Positions 37,429 through 46,562 of a stretch of 64,000 bases of DNA are shown one piece after another (positions within the stretch are counted from its first letter, which is position 1; the number at the start of each line of letters is the position of its first letter). Source of the DNA: Rickettsiales bacterium. GTDB taxonomy: Bacteria; Pseudomonadota; Alphaproteobacteria; Rs-D84. Below the pieces are notes generated by a model. The model had not been told where the DNA came from. It did no database searches and was given only the letters and a program-made list of their open reading frames with translations. The position numbers were made by a program, and so were the translations under genes. The DNA lies in assembly GCA_031265235.1 (NCBI GenBank), contig JAISCX010000002.1, positions 22,939-86,938 of the forward strand. Reading direction: 5' to 3'.

Positions 37429-39759
37429 ATGCAAATGTCGGACGAAAAAATCATAGAGCTTGAAAAACAGTTGCTAACACTGGATATGCAGCGGCGCGAA
37501 GTGTCGGCGCGCCTGCGCGAAATGCGCAGCGCGTCGGAATCTGTCGCAAGCAGAGTGCCGGCCACGCCGGATGCAAAGATTGCGTTGTTCCGGTCGCTCT
37601 TTCGCGGACGCGAAGACGTATATGCCCGCTGGTGGGAAAATCCCAAGACCGGTGGATCGGGCTTTGCCCCGGCCAAGGATTTTTTCGGCAATTATCAAAA
37701 AATGACCGACGCCACGATCAAAAATCATCTGCAAGGCATAAATCCGAATGAAAAACCCATAGGCGGCCGCAGCAAAGATTTTATAGCCGGCGTCTATCCG
37801 ATGCTGCGCAATGAATCCGCCTGGCTGCTGGCGGTTGATTTTGACCGGGACGATTGGAAGACGGCGGCGCGCCACTTTGTCCAGACAGCTCGGTTTGCCG
37901 GAATTCCCGCATATGCGGAAATATCGCGCGGCGGCGCGGGCATGCATGTATGGTTCTTTTTTTCCCAGCCGATAGATGCGCGGCTGGCCCGGCAGATGGG
38001 GATCGTTCTGCTGTCGCGCGCGATGAACGCGCACCCGGAAATCGGATTTGCATCATACGACCGGATGTTTCCGTCACAGGACAATCTGCCCAGGGGCGGA
38101 TTTGGAAATTTTATCGCGCTGCCGCTGCAACAGTCGGCGCGCGCAAACGGCGCAACGGTGTTCGTGGATGAAAATTTTGATCCTTATCCCGACCAATGGG
38201 AATTTTTGGCAAATATTGAAAAAATTACTTTCGCGCAATTGTCTGAATTTCTGGTAAAGAATGCTCCGGTTCCGACAGAAGAAGAATCGGAACCGTGGCT
38301 GATTCCCCGCCCGGAAAAATTTACGGATGTGCGTCTGCCGCGGGAAATCCGCATTATTTTATCAAATCAGATTTATATAGAGCGTGACGGCATTCCAGCC
38401 AAGGTCGTGAACCGTATCATAAAGTTCGCCGCATTCAAGAATCCCGAATTCTACCGCGCCCAGGCGATGCGCTTTTCCACGTATGACAAGCCGCGGATAA
38501 TTTCGTGCAGCGATCTGACCGCGAAATATATCGCCATGCCGCGAGGAACATACGCAGAAGTACGCGAATTTTTGGAATCATGCGGCGTGAAGATTGACTT
38601 GGATGACAAGCGTGTCGCGGGTGATTTGATTGCCGCAAAGTTCGTCGGCGCGCTGAGACCGGACCAGGAAAAAGTCGTTAAAAAAATCATATCCGAAGAC
38701 TGTGGAATCATGGCTGCGCCGACGGCGTTTGGAAAAACAGTGACAGCGATCGGTGTAATCGCCGCGCGAAAAACGAATACTTTGATTCTTGTTCATCGCG
38801 CGCAGCTGGCGACGCAGTGGAAAGAGCGCCTGAACCAGTTTCTGGACATCGGCGGCGCCAAGATTGGAATCATCGGCGGCGGAAAGAATACATCGGGCGG
38901 CGTGGTTGATATTGCGCTGATCCAATCATTGTCAAAGCGCGAAGACCTGGCGGAATTCATGTCCGGATACGGACAGTTGATCGTGGACGAATGCCATCAT
39001 ACGGCCGCATTCAGCTTTGAGCAAGTGGCCAAGGCGTTTCGTGGGAAATATATACTGGGGCTGACCGCGACTATAGAGCGCAAAGACGGGCACCAGCCGA
39101 TAATAATGATGCAGTGCGGCCGCGTGATTGCGAACGTTTTGTCGCATACAGTGAAAAAAGACTTTGAAAAGTTCCTGGTGCCAAGATATACATTCTTTAA
39201 TTATATGAATCCGATGACAGGTCCGGATGATGTGGCAATCCACGATATTTACGCGGCGATGACAGAAAATAAACAACGGAACCAGATGATTTGCGACGAT
39301 GTTGCAACCGCGCTGTCCAAACGTCGCGCGTGTATTGTTCTAAGCGAACGCAAAGAGCATCTGAACGTGTTTGAAAATTATTTCAAGGGACGCACGGATA
39401 ATATGGTTGTGATGACCGGCGGCATGACCGCAAAGGAACGTGCGGCAACAATGAAAAAATTAAAGTCGATCCCGCATGAACAGGAATTGCTGATTCTGGC
39501 AACGGGCGCATTCCTGGGCGAAGGTTTTGACGAAGCGCGCCTGGATACTTTGTTTCTAACGATGCCTATATCGTGGAAAGGGACGCTCGCCCAATATGCG
39601 GGCCGACTGAATCGCGATTTTGACAGCAAGGAATCAGTGCTGATTTATGATTACATAGACGATAAGATTCCGATGATGTCGGCGATGTACCGGCGCCGTC
39701 TGGCGGGTTACCGTGCATTGGGCTTTCGCGAGGCAGATGCGGAAAAGATTTTGGCATAG
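37429..39759 (+). CDS. archaeo-eukaryotic primase (prim-pol) domain fused to SF2 (DExH) helicase
   Basis: N-terminal coiled coil; AEP motifs VDFDRDD, GGAGMHVWFFF, YDRMF; C-terminal Walker A APTAFGKT, DECHH box, helicase C domain. Confidence 0.7.
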   Translation: MQMSDEKIIELEKQLLTLDMQRREVSARLREMRSASESVASRVPATPDAKIALFRSLFRGREDVYARWWENPKTGGSGFAPAKDFFGNYQKMTDATIKNHLQGINPNEKPIGGRSKDFIAGVYPMLRNESAWLLAVDFDRDDWKTAARHFVQTARFAGIPAYAEISRGGAGMHVWFFFSQPIDARLARQMGIVLLSRAMNAHPEIGFASYDRMFPSQDNLPRGGFGNFIALPLQQSARANGATVFVDENFDPYPDQWEFLANIEKITFAQLSEFLVKNAPVPTEEESEPWLIPRPEKFTDVRLPREIRIILSNQIYIERDGIPAKVVNRIIKFAAFKNPEFYRAQAMRFSTYDKPRIISCSDLTAKYIAMPRGTYAEVREFLESCGVKIDLDDKRVAGDLIAAKFVGALRPDQEKVVKKIISEDCGIMAAPTAFGKTVTAIGVIAARKTNTLILVHRAQLATQWKERLNQFLDIGGAKIGIIGGGKNTSGGVVDIALIQSLSKREDLAEFMSGYGQLIVDECHHTAAFSFEQVAKAFRGKYILGLTATIERKDGHQPIIMMQCGRVIANVLSHTVKKDFEKFLVPRYTFFNYMNPMTGPDDVAIHDIYAAMTENKQRNQMICDDVATALSKRRACIVLSERKEHLNVFENYFKGRTDNMVVMTGGMTAKERAATMKKLKSIPHEQELLILATGAFLGEGFDEARLDTLFLTMPISWKGTLAQYAGRLNRDFDSKESVLIYDYIDDKIPMMSAMYRRRLAGYRALGFREADAEKILA

Positions 39760-39839
39760 CTTGCGTATACGAAAGCAAATATTACCCCTTGAAAATTGAA
39801 ATTTTTAATATAACATGCAAAAGCATATGAAATAAAATC

Positions 39840-41408
39840 ATGGAAAACACGAACCTTAATTTTTCCCCAAAGACATTGCCAAGCAATCTAGAGGCTGAAC
39901 AGGCGGTTCTGTCCGCGATTCTGATGAACAACCGCGCGCTGGAACGCGTGTCGGAATTCTTAAAGCCCGATCATTTCACGCATCCCGCGCATCGGGAAAT
40001 TTATCGCCTGATGGAACGGCAATTCGCCGCCGGATTTCCCGTTGACGCGATCACAATCAGAAATTACCTGGAACAGCAGGGTGTTTTGGAATCCGTCGGC
40101 GGCATCGAATATCTGGCCCAGCTGGCCGCCGCAGGCGCGACCGTTGTAAACGTTGAACAATACGGCCGCATAATTTATGAAAACGCGATGCGCCGCGAAC
40201 TGATCCAACTGGGCGCCGAAATCACCGACTCGGCATACATTGAAGACTTGGACAAGCCTGTCCAGACACAGATAGAGCACGCGGAACAGAAATTATTCGA
40301 ACTGTCCGCGAATGGCGAGATTGACAGAGGGCCCATGGAAATGGGCACGGCGCTTCGCGCTGCACTGGAAGAAGCCGAAATCGCATACAAGGCGGACGGC
40401 AAGCTGTCGGGACTGACCACCGGCCTGCGCGATCTGGACAAGTCGATCAGCGGACTGCATAAATCAGACCTTGTTATTGTTGCCGGCCGGCCCGCGATGG
40501 GAAAGACCACGGTTGCGATGAATATCGCATTTAATGCGGCGAATGCGATTATGGCAGGTCGCGCGAATCCCAAATACAAGGGCGCGGTGATATTTTTCAG
40601 CCTTGAAATGTCATCGTCGCAATTGGCTGCCCGCGTGCTAAGCAGCCAATCCAAGATTTCCACCAGTTCCATGCGTCACGGCACGATCAGCGATGAAGAT
40701 TTTCTTAAAATGTCCCAGTATTCCGACGCGCTTTCCAAAGTGCCGCTGTTTTTCGACGATACGCCGGGCATGTCCGTGCCGATGATGCGGACGCGCGCGC
40801 GGCGTTTGTCGCGGAAATTCGGCGGGGTATCTCTGATTGTAATCGACTATTTGCAACTGATGACGGCGCCCGGCGGACGGCGCCCAGACAACCGCGTGAA
40901 CGAGCTGTCTGAAATCACCCGCAGCCTGAAAATGTTGGCAAAAGAACTGGACGTGCCGATTATCGCCTTGTCGCAACTGTCGCGTTCCGTTGAAAGCCGC
41001 GATGACAAACGCCCGTTGCTGTCGGATCTTCGCGAATCCGGGTCGATTGAGCAAGATGCGGATATTGTGATATTCACTTATCGCGAAGAATATTATCTGC
41101 AAGGACGCGATCCTGCGGAATCAGGGGGCGAACATGCGGAACGGTTCGTTTTAACCAAACAGGAAAATTGGAAAAAGCGCATGGAAGAATCCCGTGGCAA
41201 GGCCGATCTGATTATCGGCAAAAACCGCCATGGCAAGCCTGAAACAGTGCGCGCCAAATTCAGCGGGGAATACAGTCTGTTCAGCGATCTGGATGAATTT
41301 GAATCGCGCGGCGGGGATAATTCGTTCGGCGCGGACCCGCAATATTCTGCACCGCCGGCCGCTGCGCAATCCGGTCCGAACATGGACGCAGTCCCGGATG
41401 ATTTCTAA
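39840..41408 (+). CDS. dnaB: replicative DNA helicase DnaB (with unusual ~50-aa C-terminal extension)
   Basis: LEAEQAVLSAIL N-domain, Walker A GRPAMGKTT, RecA-like core; Ser/Pro-rich tail. Confidence 0.8.
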   Translation: MENTNLNFSPKTLPSNLEAEQAVLSAILMNNRALERVSEFLKPDHFTHPAHREIYRLMERQFAAGFPVDAITIRNYLEQQGVLESVGGIEYLAQLAAAGATVVNVEQYGRIIYENAMRRELIQLGAEITDSAYIEDLDKPVQTQIEHAEQKLFELSANGEIDRGPMEMGTALRAALEEAEIAYKADGKLSGLTTGLRDLDKSISGLHKSDLVIVAGRPAMGKTTVAMNIAFNAANAIMAGRANPKYKGAVIFFSLEMSSSQLAARVLSSQSKISTSSMRHGTISDEDFLKMSQYSDALSKVPLFFDDTPGMSVPMMRTRARRLSRKFGGVSLIVIDYLQLMTAPGGRRPDNRVNELSEITRSLKMLAKELDVPIIALSQLSRSVESRDDKRPLLSDLRESGSIEQDADIVIFTYREEYYLQGRDPAESGGEHAERFVLTKQENWKKRMEESRGKADLIIGKNRHGKPETVRAKFSGEYSLFSDLDEFESRGGDNSFGADPQYSAPPAAAQSGPNMDAVPDDF

Positions 41409-41456
41409 AAAATGCTTGCAAAGGGCAAAAATCTAATATATTATACGCGACGCTAT

Positions 41457-41532
41457 TCGGGCATAGTTCAGTCGGTAGAACAACGGACTGTTAATCCGTA
41501 TGTCGCTGGTTCGAGTCCAGCTGCCCGAGCCA
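41457..41532 (+). tRNA. tRNA-Asn (anticodon GTT)
   Basis: Acceptor tcgggca/tgcccga, anticodon stem acgga/tccgt with loop CTGTTAA, CCA encoded; followed by a terminator hairpin. Confidence 0.85.
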
Positions 41533-41540
41533 ATTTTTAC

Positions 41541-41565
41541 AAGACCCCTGAAAGGGTCTTTTTTG
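41541..41565 (+). terminator. intrinsic terminator after tRNA-Asn
   Basis: aagacccc-tgaa-agggtctt hairpin plus T6. Confidence 0.6.
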
Positions 41566-41724
41566 TTGATTTTCCAAGGTTTACGCCAATTTTATAAACC
41601 TTGTTATAGATTTCCAAGATTCTCACCCATTTGGGTTAACTGCCATATTTTTATAAGTATGTTTTGACTTTGTCAAAATTTAATATAGTATTACATATTA
41701 CAATATTAGCTAAAAGAGGCTTTA

Positions 41725-42237
41725 ATGCATATATTGTATGACAAATACAAGCATTTTTGTATGTATGATTTTCGGCAACGCAAGGTGATCGTGCCATTCA
41801 GAGGCGCAGCCCACGGTGGAGCATACCAATTGTTTGAAAACGTATGTTCTCCGAGGGAACACGATACAGATAAGATTCAAGATGCTTTTACAAAAAATTT
41901 TCCAGACTTTACTTTAGAGCACATATGCGCAAAAACGACTAAGGTGACAGATCGAACCTTTCCGATAAACAGGTGCATATCAGATATTGATCATGACAAT
42001 GGGTTTGTTTATACTACGGGATGGCGAAAAAGTGATGATTCTGAACTGATTTACCCAACAAGCCCGGACGGACGTATTCTTTGGAATCACGCTGGAATAT
42101 TTTATGGACGGTTGTGGGGAATGACGGAAGCTAACTTTGTCCGCGCGAATCGTAAAATATGTTTGCGAGACAGTATGGATTATATCGCGAAAAATATAGA
42201 TTCTTGGCTTAATGAAGTTAGTGCAAATTCTATGTAA
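41725..42237 (+). CDS. hypothetical protein (AT-rich cargo)
   Basis: 170-aa ORF in a low-GC stretch; no family recognised. Confidence 0.35.
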   Translation: MHILYDKYKHFCMYDFRQRKVIVPFRGAAHGGAYQLFENVCSPREHDTDKIQDAFTKNFPDFTLEHICAKTTKVTDRTFPINRCISDIDHDNGFVYTTGWRKSDDSELIYPTSPDGRILWNHAGIFYGRLWGMTEANFVRANRKICLRDSMDYIAKNIDSWLNEVSANSM

Positions 42238-42382
42238 TATCAAAGGGATGATCATTTCTTGAAAACATAAGTTCACTTGGCAAAAAAAAGCTTAGAAATC
42301 CAACCTTTTTCAAATTTTCGTCCTGGTCCAAGCCAAACTGTCCCGTTTTTATCGTTTCTGTTTTATAAATAAAGGCTTAACA

Positions 42383-42784
42383 ATGAAAAAAATTGCGTTG
42401 TGTGGAAGTGCGAAAAATCATGTATTTATTACCAAATTGGCAGATGCTCTGACCGATAAAGGATTTTATATTTTCTTGTTTCCTGATGCGCGTTCATTGT
42501 TTCAAGATATTTTGCCGCAACAGACAAAAATCATAATGGCAGCGGGTCTTACACATGATCATTTCGGCAAAATAAAGAATGCAGATTATATCCTTTTTGC
42601 AAATCTTGGCAGATTCATTGGAAATAGCGCAACTATGGAGTTAGGGTGTGCCGCAGGATTATCAAAACATATCATTGCGTTAAATCATGATGAAGAGTTA
42701 GCACGCGAATGCCTTTTCCACGATGTATTGGAAACAGAAGATATTAACGAAATTGCAGACATATTCGCCAAGAAATTCAAGTAA
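42383..42784 (+). CDS. nucleoside 2-deoxyribosyltransferase-like (NDT/DNPH1-fold) protein
   Basis: MKKIALCGS N-terminus and ADYILFANLG..NSATMELGCAAGLSKHIIAL match the NDT-family pattern KIYLAGP ... DSGTAFEIGYAYALGKPV. Confidence 0.5.
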   Translation: MKKIALCGSAKNHVFITKLADALTDKGFYIFLFPDARSLFQDILPQQTKIIMAAGLTHDHFGKIKNADYILFANLGRFIGNSATMELGCAAGLSKHIIALNHDEELARECLFHDVLETEDINEIADIFAKKFK

Positions 42785-42788
42785 ATTT

Positions 42789-43610
42789 ATGATGGTTGGC
42801 ATGAAAAATTATATAAAAAAGTTTTTAAAATATTTTCCCGGTTGGGGTCGTGAGATAGCCTATTATGCCATAAACTTAAACAGTGGCAATACAGCGGCAC
42901 AAAATGAGAATATCCGAATATATCCGGCAAGTTCATACAAAATATTTATTGCCGCGGAAATTCTGAAAAAGTGTAAAAATGGCGAATTGCAACTGGATCA
43001 GGGGATAAAACTGAAAGACAGTTACCCGGTATGGGCGGATATATATCCCATAAACAGCACGACCATTGCCGCCGGAAAAACATTTACTATAAATATATTG
43101 CTGGAACTAATGTTGCGAAACAGCGATAACCGCGCTTCGAATTCCTTGGTGGAACAAATAGGTTTAGATAACGCGGGACGCAGTTTTTTGGAATACGCGT
43201 TCGGCGCCACGCAAAAATATACGGACACGATAGAACTTGGCAAGAAATCAATGTATTCGGAAAAAATCGCGGTATCTTCGAAAGATTTGGCCGAATTTAT
43301 GAGATATGTTTTTGAATCGGGGAATAGTATCGCAGAAAAATTAAAGCACCTTATGTTGACAAGCAGCCCGGATGGCTTGTTAAAAAACGTAATTTGGCAA
43401 AAAGCGGGTTTTTTGGAAGCCATGCCTAAAACGGGCCCCAAGCTTTTAAGAAAATTTTGGTGCGTCAGATACAAATCCCAGGCGGCGATAGTAAAATCCG
43501 ATGATATCTATTATGCGATTGGGATTATGACAAAGTCCAATTCGTTAAGGCAGAGCAAACAAATCGATCTGTCCGTCTTTCAGAAAGCAATCGAAGATAA
43601 GTTAAGATAA
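42789..43610 (+). CDS. class A beta-lactamase-like serine hydrolase
   Basis: SxxK (ASSYK), SDN (RNSDNRASN) and KAG-like (QKAGF) motifs in the class-A order and spacing. Confidence 0.5.
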   Translation: MMVGMKNYIKKFLKYFPGWGREIAYYAINLNSGNTAAQNENIRIYPASSYKIFIAAEILKKCKNGELQLDQGIKLKDSYPVWADIYPINSTTIAAGKTFTINILLELMLRNSDNRASNSLVEQIGLDNAGRSFLEYAFGATQKYTDTIELGKKSMYSEKIAVSSKDLAEFMRYVFESGNSIAEKLKHLMLTSSPDGLLKNVIWQKAGFLEAMPKTGPKLLRKFWCVRYKSQAAIVKSDDIYYAIGIMTKSNSLRQSKQIDLSVFQKAIEDKLR

Positions 43611-43630
43611 TTCAAAGATTGCCGGTTTTA

Positions 43631-43652
43631 TGCGCCGTATGGCGCATTTTTT
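43631..43652 (+). terminator. intrinsic terminator
   Basis: tgcgcc-gtat-ggcgca hairpin plus T6. Confidence 0.6.
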
Positions 43653-44580
43653 ATTCCCAGCCCCGTGATTCTGCCAATTCCTTTAAAAAGTTGGTATCGG
43701 AAAGCAAAGAATTTACGGCATAGCTTTCAAGTTCCAGCGGATTTCTGCGGTAATAATCCGGGTCCAGTTTTTTCGGAATATAATTCTTCCTGCTTAAGTC
43801 CGTCATTGTAACAGACAGGGATGCTTTCTTGAATTTTTGATACCGGTGATTGGTTTCGTGCGCGGCGTCTATTACTGCAAGATTTCCGTCCGTATAGTTT
43901 TTGGTTCCCCCGAAATTATAACTGTCGTTCCAGTAATACATGGCCGAATATCCGGTCTGTTTGGACAGGTCTTCAAATGAAAAAGCCCATGTGGAATCTA
44001 ATTGGCGCGCTTTGGCCATTCTATGCGATAGTTCCATCAGCAGTTTTTCTTTTTCTGTGCCGCCAATGTTTTCGTAATTTTTTGCCTGCCGATAAAGGTC
44101 ATGGTCAAACAGGGTGAATATTTCATTTTTTATCGTCTGCGCGTTCGCATCGGCGGCGCGCCAGTCATAATTTTCGACCAGCTTGTCTATCACGCTTCTT
44201 CTCTTATCAAGCGTTGCCCGAACCAGTTGTTTTTTTACATCGGCAATGTTATTTTCAGCGTTGTGTCGCGCGGACAGTTTTTTTGATAATTTCGGTTTTT
44301 TATGCAGCAGGTCAAGCTTTTTATCGTCCAATTGATCAAGCGCCGCAGTGTTGTCAATCCCGGTTTTGGATGACATTGCGATAAGATCGTTCTGTTCCCG
44401 ATCGATTTTTTCAAATTTTTTCACATCGCGTGATTTGTTTATCTTTTTAAGATCCCAAAGTGAATCGCCGATTTTCGCATTTTGCCTGATTTTCATCCTT
44501 TGATTTATCAATTCGGCCATCGCATTGCGGTCAAACGCAATCAGGTCGGATTCCTTTGAAGAAATGTTTTCTTGTTCTGT
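43651..44580 (-). CDS. hypothetical protein with HExxH motif (possible Zn-metallopeptidase)
   Basis: AAHETNHRYQ; K/D-rich N-terminal half; start uncertain (track ORF runs to 44649). Confidence 0.3.
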   Translation of the reverse strand, partial: TEQENISSKESDLIAFDRNAMAELINQRMKIRQNAKIGDSLWDLKKINKSRDVKKFEKIDREQNDLIAMSSKTGIDNTAALDQLDDKKLDLLHKKPKLSKKLSARHNAENNIADVKKQLVRATLDKRRSVIDKLVENYDWRAADANAQTIKNEIFTLFDHDLYRQAKNYENIGGTEKEKLLMELSHRMAKARQLDSTWAFSFEDLSKQTGYSAMYYWNDSYNFGGTKNYTDGNLAVIDAAHETNHRYQKFKKASLSVTMTDLSRKNYIPKKLDPDYYRRNPLELESYAVNSLLSDTNFLKELAESRGWE

Positions 44581-44702
44581 CATGATAAACATTATAACAG
44601 AAACCTTGCGATTCCAGAACCTTGAATTTTTTTGTTGCCTTTTTCGCAAATGTTGACTAAGATTCTGTCAAGAATTGACAACAATTGACAAGGGAGCACA
44701 CA

Positions 44703-45722
44703 ATGGCATGGGAAGAAATCATTTTTCCAAACAATATCCGCAACATTCGCCTTTCAAGGGGAATGAAGATGACCGCTGTCGCAAAAAAGGCCGGTCTTTC
44801 GCTTTCCGCGATGTCCAAAGTTGAAAAGGGTGTCCGCCGCTTGAACCAAAAACAGCTGTTGACGCTGTGCGGCATATTGAATTGCAAACTTTCCGATATA
44901 TTTATCAAGGAATCCGACGAAGTTGCCGGCGCATGGCAAAGCGAAATGCAGCGGAGATTATCCGACAATGAAATGTCCGGCCTTAAAATATTCGGCTCTG
45001 GCGTGCGGTTTCTTCGCAAGAAAAAGGGGCTGACCATCGCCCAGGCTGCGAAAGATTCCAAAATGACCCTGTCTGTTTATCATAAAATAGAAGTGGGCCA
45101 GCGCGAAGTTTACGAAGATGAAATCGGGAACCTGGCAAAAGCGCTTGGCAAGACTACGGACGGAATGTTCAAAACAATTGCAGAACTTTATGAATCCGGA
45201 GAGTTGTCAAAACAAATCAGCAAGGTTGAAGAGAAAGTTCGCAGCGTTCTGGTGCCCAATAGTCCGAATGCCGGGCATGGCATCCAAGGCGCTTTGTATG
45301 GGGCAAAGATTTACGAATCCGCGCGCAAGAAACTGGTGCCTGTTTTCGGCACGCCTTCTGAAAAGAACATCATTTTCAAAAAAACCGATGAAAAAATGAT
45401 TGTCGCGCCGCTCAGTCTAGAAGGCAATCCTGGAATTTACGCCATAATTCCGAATGTTCGCAGACTTGGCAATATGTTTCCCGCGCGTTCGTATCTGTTT
45501 GTTAATCCCGACGCGGTTGCGCAACCTGGCGATTTGGCGGTTGCATTTGCAGAAGACTTTGAAAGAATAGAACCTGATGCGAAAACGCATGCGTCGGTCG
45601 TAATGGTCCGCGAAGACGCCAAGGGAAAGCTCTATGGCCAGATGGCGGGACCCGATGAAAAAATTCCGGTTTCCAATAATGGCGGCAGACTGCATAAAGT
45701 CGTGCAGGTGGTGATAGAGTGA
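44703..45722 (+). CDS. CI/LexA-like repressor with tandem XRE HTH domains and a C-terminal S24-like domain
   Basis: Two HTH_XRE segments (IRNIRLSRGMKMTAVAKKAGLSLSAMSKVEKG; VRFLRKKKGLTIAQAAKDSKMTLSVYHKIEVG) plus a ~150-aa C-terminal domain. Confidence 0.5.
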   Translation: MAWEEIIFPNNIRNIRLSRGMKMTAVAKKAGLSLSAMSKVEKGVRRLNQKQLLTLCGILNCKLSDIFIKESDEVAGAWQSEMQRRLSDNEMSGLKIFGSGVRFLRKKKGLTIAQAAKDSKMTLSVYHKIEVGQREVYEDEIGNLAKALGKTTDGMFKTIAELYESGELSKQISKVEEKVRSVLVPNSPNAGHGIQGALYGAKIYESARKKLVPVFGTPSEKNIIFKKTDEKMIVAPLSLEGNPGIYAIIPNVRRLGNMFPARSYLFVNPDAVAQPGDLAVAFAEDFERIEPDAKTHASVVMVREDAKGKLYGQMAGPDEKIPVSNNGGRLHKVVQVVIE

Positions 45723-45813
45723 TTTGTAATTTGTGACCTGTGATTTGTATGAAATTTACCTATCAAGGATTATACTGAATATCAAATCACAAATCACAGA
45801 TTACAAGTCACGA
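45719..45813. repeat. palindromic heptamer-repeat element, family A (GTGATTTGT/ACAAATCAC)
   Basis: gtgatttgtaatttgtgacctgtgatttgta ... atcaaatcacaaatcacagattacaagtcac; second copy at 4518-4586 between rpoB and rpoC. Confidence 0.7.
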
Positions 45814-45826
45814 CTCGGAGAGAGAA

Positions 45827-46477
45827 ATGAAAGAGAAAAATTCCATCATAGCAGCGCGTTTGTTGAATTTGTATCGTTCCGCGCATGTAATAGACGGCGG
45901 CTGGCGCGCTGTTAATGCGGTCTTTATTTCCGACGCGAACGCAGATGTTTTGGAAGAATTGAAAAAATTGCCGAATGGCGGAAAGCTTGCCCAGCATATA
46001 AGAAACCTGCAAGACGGCAAAACGCCGGTGAACTCGATCTCTCATGAATTGATGCCATACGGCGGCATGATGGAATCCGCGCCGGTTGACGGGGATGACG
46101 CCCCTACTGGAATATCGGATGATGATTTAAAAGAGATAGAATCCGCGCTTGAAAATTTTAAACCGGATCAAGAGCATTTGGATGCGATTCGCGGGTTGCC
46201 ATCCGTCCGTCAATTTGGCGACCGCTGGCTGGCGGGAATTCGCGTGACAATCGCCGGCCGGCCGGATTTGCTGGACAAATGGCGTATAGTTTACAGCGCC
46301 GACCGGGCGTTTTCGCTGTGGTCGCGCGCAAATGAAATATTATCTTGGACGCCTTCGGCGCGCACGCGCGCCGAAGTCCAGGCGGACATGCCGGAATACG
46401 AAACATATCTGCCAATGTTTGGCGATGCCGGGAAAGAAATGCTTGTAAAGCTTCGCGCGTTCATCAGCAGCATGTAA
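45827..46477 (+). CDS. hypothetical protein
   Basis: 216-aa ORF preceded by RBS-like GGAGAG. Confidence 0.35.
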   Translation: MKEKNSIIAARLLNLYRSAHVIDGGWRAVNAVFISDANADVLEELKKLPNGGKLAQHIRNLQDGKTPVNSISHELMPYGGMMESAPVDGDDAPTGISDDDLKEIESALENFKPDQEHLDAIRGLPSVRQFGDRWLAGIRVTIAGRPDLLDKWRIVYSADRAFSLWSRANEILSWTPSARTRAEVQADMPEYETYLPMFGDAGKEMLVKLRAFISSM

Positions 46478-46562
46478 ATTAGATATGCGCAATGGCGCGG
46501 TCCCGTCGCAAAAATTCAATTATAAAAGATTAAATGTCGGGCAAGTCCAAAAAAACGCATGA

